A stretch of DNA of 64,000 nt from Clostridia bacterium (GTDB taxonomy: Bacteria; Bacillota; Peptococcia; Peptococcales; BICA1-8), in assembly GCA_030154225.1 (NCBI GenBank), contig JASKKI010000004.1, positions 2,710 to 66,709 on the forward strand. The letters run 5' to 3'. Numbering within the stretch: the first letter of the stretch is position 1; the number at the start of each line of letters is the position of its first letter. Below the pieces are notes generated by a model. It did no database searches and was not told the origin of the DNA. It was given only the letters and a program-made list of their open reading frames with translations. Position numbers and translations under genes: made by a program. Of the stretch, positions 8,710 through 17,806 are shown in pieces.

Positions 8710-9590
8710 AACATAAATAAATCTTCCAGTGATTGACGTTTTGTCTGAACTTTTGTAATTACTCCACTGTTTTCAATTATAATTTTTAATGCATCATTAA
8801 CATCTTGTTCATTTTTAAGAGAAAGAAAAACATTATTATGTTTTTTCTCCAGTTTAATAGCCAGAAGCTTGAGCTTTTCCCCAATTTGCTGTGAATAGTT
8901 GTTAATTGATATTTCCATTTGCAATTCCCCAACCTGCAAATCCTGCCAGGAACCGCTTACTACTAAATTACCGTGATTTATGATAGCTATTTCATCACAT
9001 ACGGATTCTACCTCACTTAAAAGATGGCTATTTAAAAAAACAGTTTTGCCCTGTTTTTTTAGTTCAATAATAATATCCCTTACTTCTTTTCTGCCTATAG
9101 GGTCAAGGGCTGAGGTCGGTTCATCTAAAAATATAAGCAAAGGATCATTAATTAAGGCAACAGCTAAACCTATCCGCTGCTGCATACCTTTACTATAAGT
9201 TCCTACCTTCTGTTTTTCTTTACCCAAAAGTCCAACTATTTCTAAAACATTACTTATTTTTTTTACATATTCACCTTTAGACAAATGAAAAAGCTGAGCA
9301 TGATATTTTAATAACTCTTCACCGGTCAGCCAATCATGGTAGCGAAATAATTCAGGTAAATAACCCACTTTACTTCTAACCTTAATATTTCCTATTGGTT
9401 GCCCCATAATCCGGGCTTGACCGCCCGTTGGTATTAAAAGCCCTAATAAAGTTTTTACAAAAGTACTTTTACCGGCACCATTAGGCCCTAAAAAACCAAA
9501 GATACGCCCCTCGGTCACCGAGAGGCTAATATCTTTACATCCACCAGAGCCATTAAATTGTTTAGTTAATCCATGGGTTTCAATTATCAT
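8676..9590 (-). CDS. ABC transporter ATP-binding protein
   Basis: Walker A GPNGAGKST, signature YSKGMQQR, Walker B LIFLDEP. Confidence 0.9.
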   Translation of the reverse strand: MIIETHGLTKQFNGSGGCKDISLSVTEGRIFGFLGPNGAGKSTFVKTLLGLLIPTGGQARIMGQPIGNIKVRSKVGYLPELFRYHDWLTGEELLKYHAQLFHLSKGEYVKKISNVLEIVGLLGKEKQKVGTYSKGMQQRIGLAVALINDPLLIFLDEPTSALDPIGRKEVRDIIIELKKQGKTVFLNSHLLSEVESVCDEIAIINHGNLVVSGSWQDLQVGELQMEISINNYSQQIGEKLKLLAIKLEKKHNNVFLSLKNEQDVNDALKIIIENSGVITKVQTKRQSLEDLFMFWIKKEGKERC

Positions 9591-10693
9591 TTAACATCCC
9601 TCAGATTATTAGCAATTTCAACTAAATCCATTTGACTTGCTCCAGCCAGATTATAAATAACACCATCTTTTTGCCAGATCAAATGACTGGAATGTTTGTT
9701 TTTCCGCAATATTCCCTGGGCACCATTTACAACAACTACTTCACTGTCCTCGTCAGTGGGAATGGGTAACGTATGCTGCCAATCATTTATAGCTTCTAAC
9801 TTATTCTTTAGATCATAAGGCAAAATAGGTATTTCTAATAGGACCTGGCGTAATTCAAATACATCTACGCCTTCCGGTACAGTAATCTCCGGACTTGCCA
9901 TTTGCAAAAAACTAAGCCAATTATTTTCTCCCAATCTATAGTGGAGATCTACTTGTCCTTGAGAATAAATTGAAAAAGTCTTTCCATTTAATTCAGGAGG
10001 TAATAATTTTTGTGATCCGAGTTGTTTTAAAACCTTATTTACCTGTTCTGTATTTAAAGTAAATTGCACTTCACTACTACCATTAACCTGAACCTCTTGT
10101 TCTAAGCTAAAACCGTTAGGGTATTTCAAAGGAAAAGGGACTTTTTCTTGAGCTTCCGCTAATGTCATTTTTGTAAATTTTGGCCGGCTGACAACATTGG
10201 CTTTACCAAGCTGCTTTAAATTAATTTCTCCAACTTTATTCATAAAATCATCACGCATTTTATTTAAATCTTCAATACTGATCTGGATACTTTCTATTTT
10301 TTGCACTCTAAAAATATGCAAAAAATTAGCAGCAGCCTCTCTAACGGGAGGTACAAAAACAGTAGTTGCAAATATTATGATAGCAGCCAAACCGGCTACA
10401 ATTTTTTTAAAACTAGCCACGCTATTTATCATACCTTTCCATTTATTATTTTTCAATCTGGATTTAAAATTATCATAAGCTTTATTAGTATTTAATGGTA
10501 ACTTTTGCATCTCATCCTCATAGCTTTTGAATGATACATAAAGAAATTCCTCCAATTCTCTAAGTTCCTTTAGCCTATTTTTGCAAATAGTACACTCATT
10601 TAAATGTTTTTCTATAATTTCTTTTTGAACTTTATTAACCTCACTATCCAGGTATGCCTGAAGAAGTCCTTCATTAATATGCATTATTTTCAC
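9587..10693 (-). CDS. anti-sigma factor (zf-HC2 N-terminus, one TM, large extracytoplasmic domain)
   Basis: HLNECTICKNRLKEL motif (H-x3-C-x2-C), a TM segment around IVAGLAAIIIFATTVFV, and ATGA overlap with the ATPase gene. Overlaps the sigma gene by 20 nt. Confidence 0.7.
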   Translation of the reverse strand: MKIMHINEGLLQAYLDSEVNKVQKEIIEKHLNECTICKNRLKELRELEEFLYVSFKSYEDEMQKLPLNTNKAYDNFKSRLKNNKWKGMINSVASFKKIVAGLAAIIIFATTVFVPPVREAAANFLHIFRVQKIESIQISIEDLNKMRDDFMNKVGEINLKQLGKANVVSRPKFTKMTLAEAQEKVPFPLKYPNGFSLEQEVQVNGSSEVQFTLNTEQVNKVLKQLGSQKLLPPELNGKTFSIYSQGQVDLHYRLGENNWLSFLQMASPEITVPEGVDVFELRQVLLEIPILPYDLKNKLEAINDWQHTLPIPTDEDSEVVVVNGAQGILRKNKHSSHLIWQKDGVIYNLAGASQMDLVEIANNLRDVK

Positions 10694-11252
10694 TTCCTTT
10701 CAGACTTAAGAGGGTATCTTTAAATCTCTTTTTTGCCCTTGCTAGTAATGTACCAACAGAATTTCCCTCAATCTCTAATGTTTGGGCAATTTCACTATAA
10801 GTATAGCCAGTATATTTTAAAAGAATTAATAACCTATCCCTTTCAGAAAGCAAACCAATAGCTTCTCTAACCCGTTGTGCTTCTTGCCTTTCTATAACAA
10901 TTTCCTCAACGGTATTATCATTTTCCTGTATAGTTGCTTCTTCTCTTTTCTTCCGACTTCTTTCTGAACGTATATAATTATAGCTGGTATTAATAGCAAC
11001 TTTAGTAAGCCAGGCTCTAGGATTTTTTATATTTTTTTTATCAGAATAATAGTATTTAATAAGAGTTTCCTGAACTATGTCCTCAGCAATATTCCTATCC
11101 CCCATTAGAAATGTTACTTGCTTTATTAAAATGGGGTAATATACCTGAAACTCACCTGTAAAATCCAGTTTTTCCTTTTTAGTATCCATTGCAGTTACCA
11201 CACTTTCTATTTTACCCACCCCCATCACTGGTCGACCAATTTTTGATTTCAA
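10674..11252 (-). CDS. ECF-type RNA polymerase sigma factor (start uncertain)
   Basis: Region 2 (DIVQETLIKYY) and region 4 (YTYSEIAQTLEIEGNSVGTLLARAKKRF) are recognisable. The ORF-track start is TTG immediately after a TATAAT. An internal ATG at 11189 (MDTKKEKLDF) is a plausible true start. Confidence 0.8.
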   Translation of the reverse strand: MKSKIGRPVMGVGKIESVVTAMDTKKEKLDFTGEFQVYYPILIKQVTFLMGDRNIAEDIVQETLIKYYYSDKKNIKNPRAWLTKVAINTSYNYIRSERSRKKREEATIQENDNTVEEIVIERQEAQRVREAIGLLSERDRLLILLKYTGYTYSEIAQTLEIEGNSVGTLLARAKKRFKDTLLSLKGSENNAY

Positions 11253-11357
11253 TTATAAGACACAACAGGTTTTATTTTTGTGACAGGGAAAATGAAAAAA
11301 AAATTAAGTTCATAAGTCATAGTAATTATATAATAAATTAAAAAAGGGTTCTTTATC

Positions 11358-11381
11358 AAAAAAAAACCGGCCTTAGGCCGG
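11358..11381 (-). terminator. intrinsic terminator
   Basis: CCGGCC-TTA-GGCCGG hairpin followed on the minus strand by a T9 run. Confidence 0.8.
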
Positions 11382-11383
11382 AT

Positions 11384-11953
11384 TTAATATATTTTTTTAA
11401 TCAGTCGGGCAACATTGCTTGCAAAACGTGTTACAGTAGCTATACCTTCTTCATCTTTTAAAGCTTCCCCTTTAGTTTTACCACCAAAAACAATATTCCA
11501 ATAGGTTGAACCAGGAACTATCATTTCATTTATAAAGAACATCATTAACATTTCTTGATAAGAATTAGTAACTCCACCTCTCCTAGCAATAGCTACAGGT
11601 CCACCAACTTTCCAGGATAAAAATTTATCCGAGCTTCTCGAGACCATACCTATTCTCTGAAGTGCATTCATAGCATCCCCTCTAGGTGTTCCAAAGTAAA
11701 CGGGAGCCCCTATGATAAATCCCTGAGCATTTCTAATTTTATCAATAATTTCGTTCAAACCATCATTTAGGGAGCATTTACCTAATTCACCACATTTATA
11801 GCAGGCAATACATCCCTTTATCTCCTTTCCCACTAAAGATATTAATTCCGCTTCTAAACCCTCTTTTTCAATTTCCTTTTTACATACTTCCAGTACTTGA
11901 TAAGTATTACCTTTTGCTCTGGGACTTCCAGATAATAAAATTACTTTACTCAT
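11384..11953 (-). CDS. iron-sulfur flavoprotein / NADPH-dependent FMN reductase family
   Basis: 189 aa. Flavodoxin-like N-terminus ILLSGSPRAKGNT plus the Cys cluster CIACYKCGELGKC. Confidence 0.7.
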   Translation of the reverse strand: MSKVILLSGSPRAKGNTYQVLEVCKKEIEKEGLEAELISLVGKEIKGCIACYKCGELGKCSLNDGLNEIIDKIRNAQGFIIGAPVYFGTPRGDAMNALQRIGMVSRSSDKFLSWKVGGPVAIARRGGVTNSYQEMLMMFFINEMIVPGSTYWNIVFGGKTKGEALKDEEGIATVTRFASNVARLIKKIY

Positions 11954-11965
11954 TTCATCACTCTC

Positions 11966-12196
11966 CTATCCTCCAATTAATGCAGGCAATATTGATATAG
12001 TATCATCATCCTGTAGCACGTAGTCTTTGTACTCGATTTTGCCATTGACCGCCACCAAAAAGTTACTTTCATCTTCCATTTCTATACCGATATCGGATAG
12101 TATTTTTTCTATTGTACTACCCTCTTCATAAATTCTAGTTTCATTAATTTCAATATTTTTCCAGGGGATTTTTGCCTTTAATAATACTTTGATCAT
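11966..12196 (-). CDS. MoaD/ThiS-family beta-grasp sulfur-carrier-like protein
   Basis: 76 aa ending ...DDDTISILPALIGG (C-terminal Gly-Gly). SD AAGGAG upstream. Confidence 0.7.
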   Translation of the reverse strand: MIKVLLKAKIPWKNIEINETRIYEEGSTIEKILSDIGIEMEDESNFLVAVNGKIEYKDYVLQDDDTISILPALIGG

Positions 12197-12410
12197 TTAA
12201 ACCTATCTCCTTATAATTTATTTCATATCATCTTCATATATGTCAAAACTTTCCCTCCGCCGGAACACCACAACTACTTTCCTTATTTCCAAAGTTAAAG
12301 GACTGGGAATTTTTCAAGGATGTCTTCAACCTTTCTGGCATCACTCCCAAAATTTTTTTATATAAAAATTTCTACATAAATTATAATTACCCTTTAATTG
12401 CTTTGTAAAA

Positions 12411-12444
12411 CAAAAAAAACTTGCTAGCTGGTGACACTAGCAAG
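12411..12444 (-). terminator. intrinsic terminator after the GntR gene
   Basis: CTTGCTAG / CTAGCAAG stem followed on the minus strand by a T8 run. Confidence 0.75.
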
Positions 12445-12490
12445 TGAGTGAGGAGGTAGATTATCTATAATAAATAACCTACCTGGATAA

Positions 12491-13174
12491 CTAAGTAAGT
12501 TTGTGAGTGAAAATCTCTCCTAATCCTTCAATATGCATTTGTACAGCTTTACAAGCAGCCTCTGGGTCTTTTTTAACAAAAGCATCCAAAATTCGCTCAT
12601 GCTGAAGTACCAATTCACCAAGACTCATTGTTGATTTTGCAAAGGTCAAGAAGGGTAAATAAATCATATTTACTAAAGACCATACCCTAAAAAATAAATC
12701 ACTCTCTGTTGATTTTATAATAAGCTCATGAAAAGCTACATCACTTTCTATAAATTCAAATCTTTCTTCCTCTTCTGCACATCTGTACATTTCTTCAACT
12801 AGTTTTTTAAACTTTTTTAACAAATCTTCATTAATATTCTCTGCAGTAATTCGTGCAGCATAACCTTCCAGTAAGCTTCGTAATTTATACGCTTCAGAAA
12901 ATTCTTGTCCGCGAATTAATCTTACAAAAGAACCTTTATATGGTTGAGTTTCTACAAGCCCCATTTGTTCTAACTCTCTGATAGCCTCCCTTACTGGAGC
13001 CTGACTAACTTCTAATTCTCGGGCTATTTTGGTTTCAATTATCCTATCACCTGGCGCTAAATCCCCATTTACAATGGCATCAGCAATAATTTTTTTTATT
13101 TCATGCCTTAGAACTTTTCGTTCTAATGGTTTTTTTTTACTAGTTTTCAAAAAAGGCACCTCACAGTTTATCAT
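12491..13174 (-). CDS. GntR-family (FadR/FCD subfamily) transcriptional regulator
   Basis: wHTH segment ETKIARELEVSQAPVREAIRELEQMGLV with a helical C-terminal FCD-like domain. Confidence 0.85.
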   Translation of the reverse strand: MINCEVPFLKTSKKKPLERKVLRHEIKKIIADAIVNGDLAPGDRIIETKIARELEVSQAPVREAIRELEQMGLVETQPYKGSFVRLIRGQEFSEAYKLRSLLEGYAARITAENINEDLLKKFKKLVEEMYRCAEEEERFEFIESDVAFHELIIKSTESDLFFRVWSLVNMIYLPFLTFAKSTMSLGELVLQHERILDAFVKKDPEAACKAVQMHIEGLGEIFTHKLT

Positions 13175-13291
13175 TGTGAAAAATGTAATAATCGATTATA
13201 TATTATTTATAATCAATATATAAATTTTCAAGGAATTTGTCAAGATAAAAAAATTTTTTGCATAAAAAAGAACCGGCTTTTGCCGGTGTAT

Positions 13292-14242
13292 TTATACCAT
13301 CCTGATAGCAAATTCAGGACAAACGGGATAACAATAACCACATAATAAGCAGATATCATGATTTACTTTTACTGATATTTCTCCTAATTCCATGGCCCCA
13401 TTTGGACAGGCTTTAATACATTTGCCACATTTTTTGCAAAATCTCTCCAGAATAAAAAGTTTCTTAGTACTAATAACTTTAGGTAGCATATCCTCGGTAA
13501 TAGACTCATTATTGAATATTTTTAAATTGAGCTCTAATTCCTCTTTTCTAATCATACCAATAGATATAGAATCCATACCTTTAATATTACGTCCAAACTT
13601 TATTGCCTCAAGTAATTCTCCAATCAGGTTTCCTCCTGCTAAAACCTTCATAGCATACAGACCTTTACCTGCTATATCACATTTTTCGATAGCAGCCAAC
13701 ATATCTTCTACTGTACCTTCTAAAATACCCCTACCTGTTTTATTAATAATGGGATAAACAATATCTATTTCCTGTATTTCTGCTGCCTTTTCAACAACTT
13801 TTATATTGTGGGTAGAGATTCCTATAGCTCTTATATATCCCTTGTCTTTATAATCCAAAAGACATTTTAAAGCACCTTCCCTTTCTTTAAAAACATTAGG
13901 AGTTACCCGTGCAGCATGTAAATGAAAAATATCAATAACGTCCCTATTTAAAACCTTTAGTGCTTCTTGAACAGCATTTTCCATTCCTTGATAATCGTGA
14001 GCAGCAGACTTGGTAGCCACAACTACATCTCCACTAAATCCCTTTAAACCATGGGCAATATGATTATAAGTCTGGTACATTTGAGCAGTATCAATAAAAT
14101 TTATCCCTGATTCTAATGCTTCCCGAATTAATTTTCCACCTTCTTCCACCGTTAAGTTAGCCTGAAGGGGACCCATAGGTAATGCACCAAAACAGAGTTC
14201 AGAAACAGTAATTTCCGTACAACCTAAGTTTCTTAATTCCAT
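13292..14242 (-). CDS. aldo/keto reductase with C-terminal 2x[4Fe-4S] ferredoxin domain
   Basis: AKR N-terminus (LGCTEITVSELCFG, INFIDTAQMY). C-terminus carries CKKCGKCIKACP and CLLCGYCYPVCP. Confidence 0.85.
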   Translation of the reverse strand: MELRNLGCTEITVSELCFGALPMGPLQANLTVEEGGKLIREALESGINFIDTAQMYQTYNHIAHGLKGFSGDVVVATKSAAHDYQGMENAVQEALKVLNRDVIDIFHLHAARVTPNVFKEREGALKCLLDYKDKGYIRAIGISTHNIKVVEKAAEIQEIDIVYPIINKTGRGILEGTVEDMLAAIEKCDIAGKGLYAMKVLAGGNLIGELLEAIKFGRNIKGMDSISIGMIRKEELELNLKIFNNESITEDMLPKVISTKKLFILERFCKKCGKCIKACPNGAMELGEISVKVNHDICLLCGYCYPVCPEFAIRMV

Positions 14243-14431
14243 TTTTTACCTCCTAATTAAAATATTTGTTAATATCATTCTAACATTTTTATAAATTATA
14301 GTAATTATATATTTTATTAACTAAATAATCATCATTTTTTATGAATAATTACTTACAAAAGGTAAATTATGTTAAAATATTAATAAATAAACCTTTTAAA
14401 AACTAAGAGGTACTTATACGGAGGGATTGTT

Positions 14432-14953
14432 ATGATTAACCTAACAATACCTACCAGAATTAAAAATCTTTATTTTAATATTTTCAGACCTATATTACCT
14501 CGGGAAACAGTAAATGAAAAAGTTGCAAAGCTAAAAGTTAACCTAGAAAATATATTATTTTTATCATTAGAAAGTAATATTTCATTTAATAATGGTATTT
14601 ACCTTGTAGATATCAGCCAAATTACACTCCAAGGGGCTGAACCTCGTTATGGAGAAATTTTTAATCTGCGCTTTTATATTTATAGAGACTACTTAAGAAT
14701 TCACCTTTTAATTATACCCTATTACCTACGGCATAAAGGTTTTGGTCGATATGTTTGGCAAATCTTCATTAATAATTGGAAAGAACAATACAAATATTAT
14801 GAAGCAGAATATAAAACAAAAGAAGCATACTTATTTTGGAAAAAAATGGGGTTTGCTGTGGATTATAGCTTAAATATTAATCTAGACCCTTCAGGAAAGT
14901 ATTCAGGTAGAAAAATGTATTATCAAATAAGCAACAAAAATATCCTCCATTAA
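14432..14953 (+). CDS. hypothetical protein, possibly a degenerate GNAT-like acetyltransferase
   Basis: 173 aa. RHKGFGRYV and FWKKMGF resemble GNAT motif A and the GNAT C-terminal motif. Weak call. Confidence 0.35.
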   Translation: MINLTIPTRIKNLYFNIFRPILPRETVNEKVAKLKVNLENILFLSLESNISFNNGIYLVDISQITLQGAEPRYGEIFNLRFYIYRDYLRIHLLIIPYYLRHKGFGRYVWQIFINNWKEQYKYYEAEYKTKEAYLFWKKMGFAVDYSLNINLDPSGKYSGRKMYYQISNKNILH

Positions 14954-15191
14954 TTTTTTATTCGTCTCGAAAGTAAATAAACCATATTTAGCAGGTATAG
15001 TCTAAAAATAAAAAACCTGAGACCTCCGCGTATATGTTAATACGTTATGGGTCTCAGGCTTAATGGGAAAGATACTTTATTTAATTGTAAAGCTTTTCGG
15101 TCCTATAACTTTTGCTGCATAACCTTTAAAGAAACCATAAACCTGAAATTCACCTTTGATAGATGTATTTTACTAACAAGGGGTTAATTAC

Positions 15192-16013
15192 TCACTTTTT
15201 ATATGGAAAACCTAGTAGTTTATCAATAGTTACAAATTGGTAGCCGTCTTTTTTCAAAACACGTATTATGTCATCCAGAGCCTTTACAGTTCCTGATAAA
15301 TCTTCACCAATACCACCTGCAGAATGTTGTAGAATAATGGAACCTTCTCGGACATTTTCCAGTATGTTTGCTTTAACTTCTGCTGGCGATAACCCCTTCC
15401 AATCTAAGGAATCCACATTCCAGGCAATAATTTTATAACCTCTATTACTTATTAATTCGACTTTCTTCCTATCCAATGAACCATAGGGTGATCTGAATAG
15501 TACTGGAACGTAACCTGCCTGCCTTTTAATAATCCTTTCCGCTGCATTTAGCTCTTCAATTACCTTTCTGTCAGACAATTTAATTATATTAGGATGACTC
15601 CAAGTATGGCTACCTAAAATATGTCCTTCTTTAACCATTCGCTGGACAACACTTGGATAAAGCTCACATCTTTTACCGATGACAAAAAAAGTTGCTGGAA
15701 CCTTATGCTTTTTTAACACATCTAAAATTTTAACTGTGTAATTATTATCCGGCCCATCATCAAATGTTAACGCTACTTTTTTTACCTTGGGAGGTCCTTG
15801 TCTAAAAAACACTTTGGGGTATTCCGAAGCTAGGTCAATTATTTCCCTTTGAGGAAATCCCCTTTCTTTTTTTTCTGGTCCTCCTGCTAAGTCAAACCTG
15901 TCCGGAGCAAGGGGTTTCTTAGCAATATCACTGGATGGAAAAAGATAGCTCCAGGCAAAAAAAACTCCGACTAAAAATAAAGCTATTAGCCCTAGTAAAT
16001 AACTTCTTCTCAT
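15192..16013 (-). CDS. polysaccharide deacetylase (NodB homology domain)
   Basis: N-terminal TM, LTFDDGP motif, and HTWSHP His motif. Confidence 0.85.
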   Translation of the reverse strand: MRRSYLLGLIALFLVGVFFAWSYLFPSSDIAKKPLAPDRFDLAGGPEKKERGFPQREIIDLASEYPKVFFRQGPPKVKKVALTFDDGPDNNYTVKILDVLKKHKVPATFFVIGKRCELYPSVVQRMVKEGHILGSHTWSHPNIIKLSDRKVIEELNAAERIIKRQAGYVPVLFRSPYGSLDRKKVELISNRGYKIIAWNVDSLDWKGLSPAEVKANILENVREGSIILQHSAGGIGEDLSGTVKALDDIIRVLKKDGYQFVTIDKLLGFPYKK

Positions 16014-16119
16014 TCATCTCACCTCATGAATATTTTGTCCAAATTATAATAATTCATGTAAAGGAATAAGGTGAAATAATTTGTAAAATCTAAAAATATC
16101 ATTAATGAAATTGAGAATA

Positions 16120-16150
16120 AAATCGCCTAAGGGCGATTTATTTATTTTCT
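16120..16150 (+). terminator. orphan terminator-like hairpin upstream of the YibE/F gene
   Basis: AAATCGCC / GGCGATTT stem with a 4-nt loop, followed by ATTTATTTT. No upstream plus-strand gene. Confidence 0.4.
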
Positions 16151-16206
16151 CTTGCTTAATTAAATGATTATTGTTATTTTATACAATATAAAGGAGGGGT
16201 TAGCTT

Positions 16207-17325
16207 TTGAAAAAGATTATCCTCATTACAATAATATTTCTATTTGTTTTAATAAATACAACAGTCTGGGCTGATGATACTGAATTATCGGTAGATGACC
16301 CAATACCTACCGAATATGCTAAAGGTGAAGTAATTGAAATAATAGAAAAGGAATTAGGCAAGGATTATGGCGCGGGAATGGAGGTAGATTACCAAAAGGT
16401 CAAGGTAAAAATACTTTCAGGACGCTTTAAGGATAAAATTATTACAATTGAAAATTCTACTACCGGAAATCCGGCCTATGATATCTGGGTCTCCCAAGGA
16501 GACAGGGTACTATTAGTCCTGGAAATCTTAGCTGATGATATTTTTAATGGTTATATTGTAGACTTTCAAAGGGATACCTATCTTTTTCTCCTTATTGCTA
16601 TTTTCTTTTTGTTATTAATTATTATTGGTCAAAAACAAGGACTTAAAGCTGTGATTACGCTAGGGCTTACCATTCTTATTATCGGTAAGTTTATGCTTCC
16701 ACTACTTTTCAAAGGTCATAACCCCGTTTGGCTGGCTTTGATTACGGCTATAATTGTTACCACCATTACTCTATTAATTATCGGAGGTTTAACTAAAAAA
16801 ACCGTTTCAGCTATCCTGGGTACATCTGGTGGGTTAATCACAGCAGCACTTGTTGCAATTATTGTCGGTAAACTCACCAATTTACGAGGATTAAGTGGTG
16901 AAGAAGCTCAAATGCTTTTATATATTCCCCAGGGTATTCAATTTGATTTTCGTGGTTTATTATTTGCAGGAATTATTATTGGAGCCCTGGGAGCTGTTAT
17001 GGATGTAAGTATGTCTATTGCTTCATCTATGGAGGAAATTCATAGGGTAGGAACGAACTTAGAATTAAAAAGTTTGATTAAATCAGGTATGAATGTTGGT
17101 AAAGATATTATGGGTACTATGTCCAATACTCTAATTTTAGCTTATACAGGAACTTCTATACCTTTACTTTTACTTTTTATGGCTTATGACCAACCTTTTA
17201 TAAAATTGATTAACATGGATTTTTTGGCAACTGAGTTCGTTAGGGCCTTATCTGGAAGTATAGGCCTCATTCTGGCTATACCCATTACAGCAGTAATATC
17301 AGGTTTGTTATTTGCTAAAAAGTAA
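16207..17325 (+). CDS. YibE/F-family membrane protein
   Basis: 372 aa, TTG start 8 nt after AAAGGAGGGG. N-terminal extracytoplasmic domain followed by multiple TM segments typical of YibE/F. Confidence 0.7.
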   Translation: MKKIILITIIFLFVLINTTVWADDTELSVDDPIPTEYAKGEVIEIIEKELGKDYGAGMEVDYQKVKVKILSGRFKDKIITIENSTTGNPAYDIWVSQGDRVLLVLEILADDIFNGYIVDFQRDTYLFLLIAIFFLLLIIIGQKQGLKAVITLGLTILIIGKFMLPLLFKGHNPVWLALITAIIVTTITLLIIGGLTKKTVSAILGTSGGLITAALVAIIVGKLTNLRGLSGEEAQMLLYIPQGIQFDFRGLLFAGIIIGALGAVMDVSMSIASSMEEIHRVGTNLELKSLIKSGMNVGKDIMGTMSNTLILAYTGTSIPLLLLFMAYDQPFIKLINMDFLATEFVRALSGSIGLILAIPITAVISGLLFAKK

Positions 17326-17395
17326 CACATTTTTCTATAATGCTATATAATAGAACAAAATCATCTTTGATGCACTTAATGATTCGGAGGATATT

Positions 17396-17683
17396 ATGAA
17401 ATTTTTAGTAATTTTTATTTTACTTTTAATTGTCGGTTATTATTTTTGGTCCTTTTCCAAAAATAGGTGGGAAGAAGTATTAACTACCCAGGATGTTGAA
17501 AAATATATGGCCATTGTCGGTAAATTACAAGCAGCAAGAATTAAATATAAAACTACTACAGGTGGTGAAGAATTTAATTTCCGTAATAGTACTCTCCTTT
17601 CTAGGACTCCACCTATTTCCTATACCATCTGGATTCCTAAAGATCAGATTTATAAAGCATATAAGATAATAAATAATAACTAG
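17396..17683 (+). CDS. hypothetical small membrane-anchored protein
   Basis: 95 aa with an N-terminal TM. SD GGAGGA upstream. Confidence 0.4.
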   Translation: MKFLVIFILLLIVGYYFWSFSKNRWEEVLTTQDVEKYMAIVGKLQAARIKYKTTTGGEEFNFRNSTLLSRTPPISYTIWIPKDQIYKAYKIINNN

Positions 17684-17710
17684 ATTAGTCTAGTTAATTG
17701 ACGAGTATAA

Positions 17711-17788
17711 TAAAAAGAAACAAGGTGGCTACAGATAAGAATTTTCAACTTTGAGCTAGAGATGAGTTTGAAAATTCCTCACGCCACC
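17711..17788 (-). terminator. long composite hairpin terminator after the CoADR gene
   Basis: Outer GGTGGC/GCCACC and inner GAATTTTCAA/TTGAAAATTC stems. On the minus strand it is followed by TTTCTTTTTA. Confidence 0.55.
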
Positions 17789-17806
17789 TACATTTATTTC
17801 CATTGG

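Noticed and set aside
15060-15191. Stop-bounded minus-strand segment reading ...IKGEFQVYGFFKGYAAKVIGPKSFTIK*, possibly a gene remnant downstream of the deacetylase gene.
   Set aside because: It has no start codon or SD, spans only about 30 codons, and matches no recognisable family. It cannot be supported without a database search.
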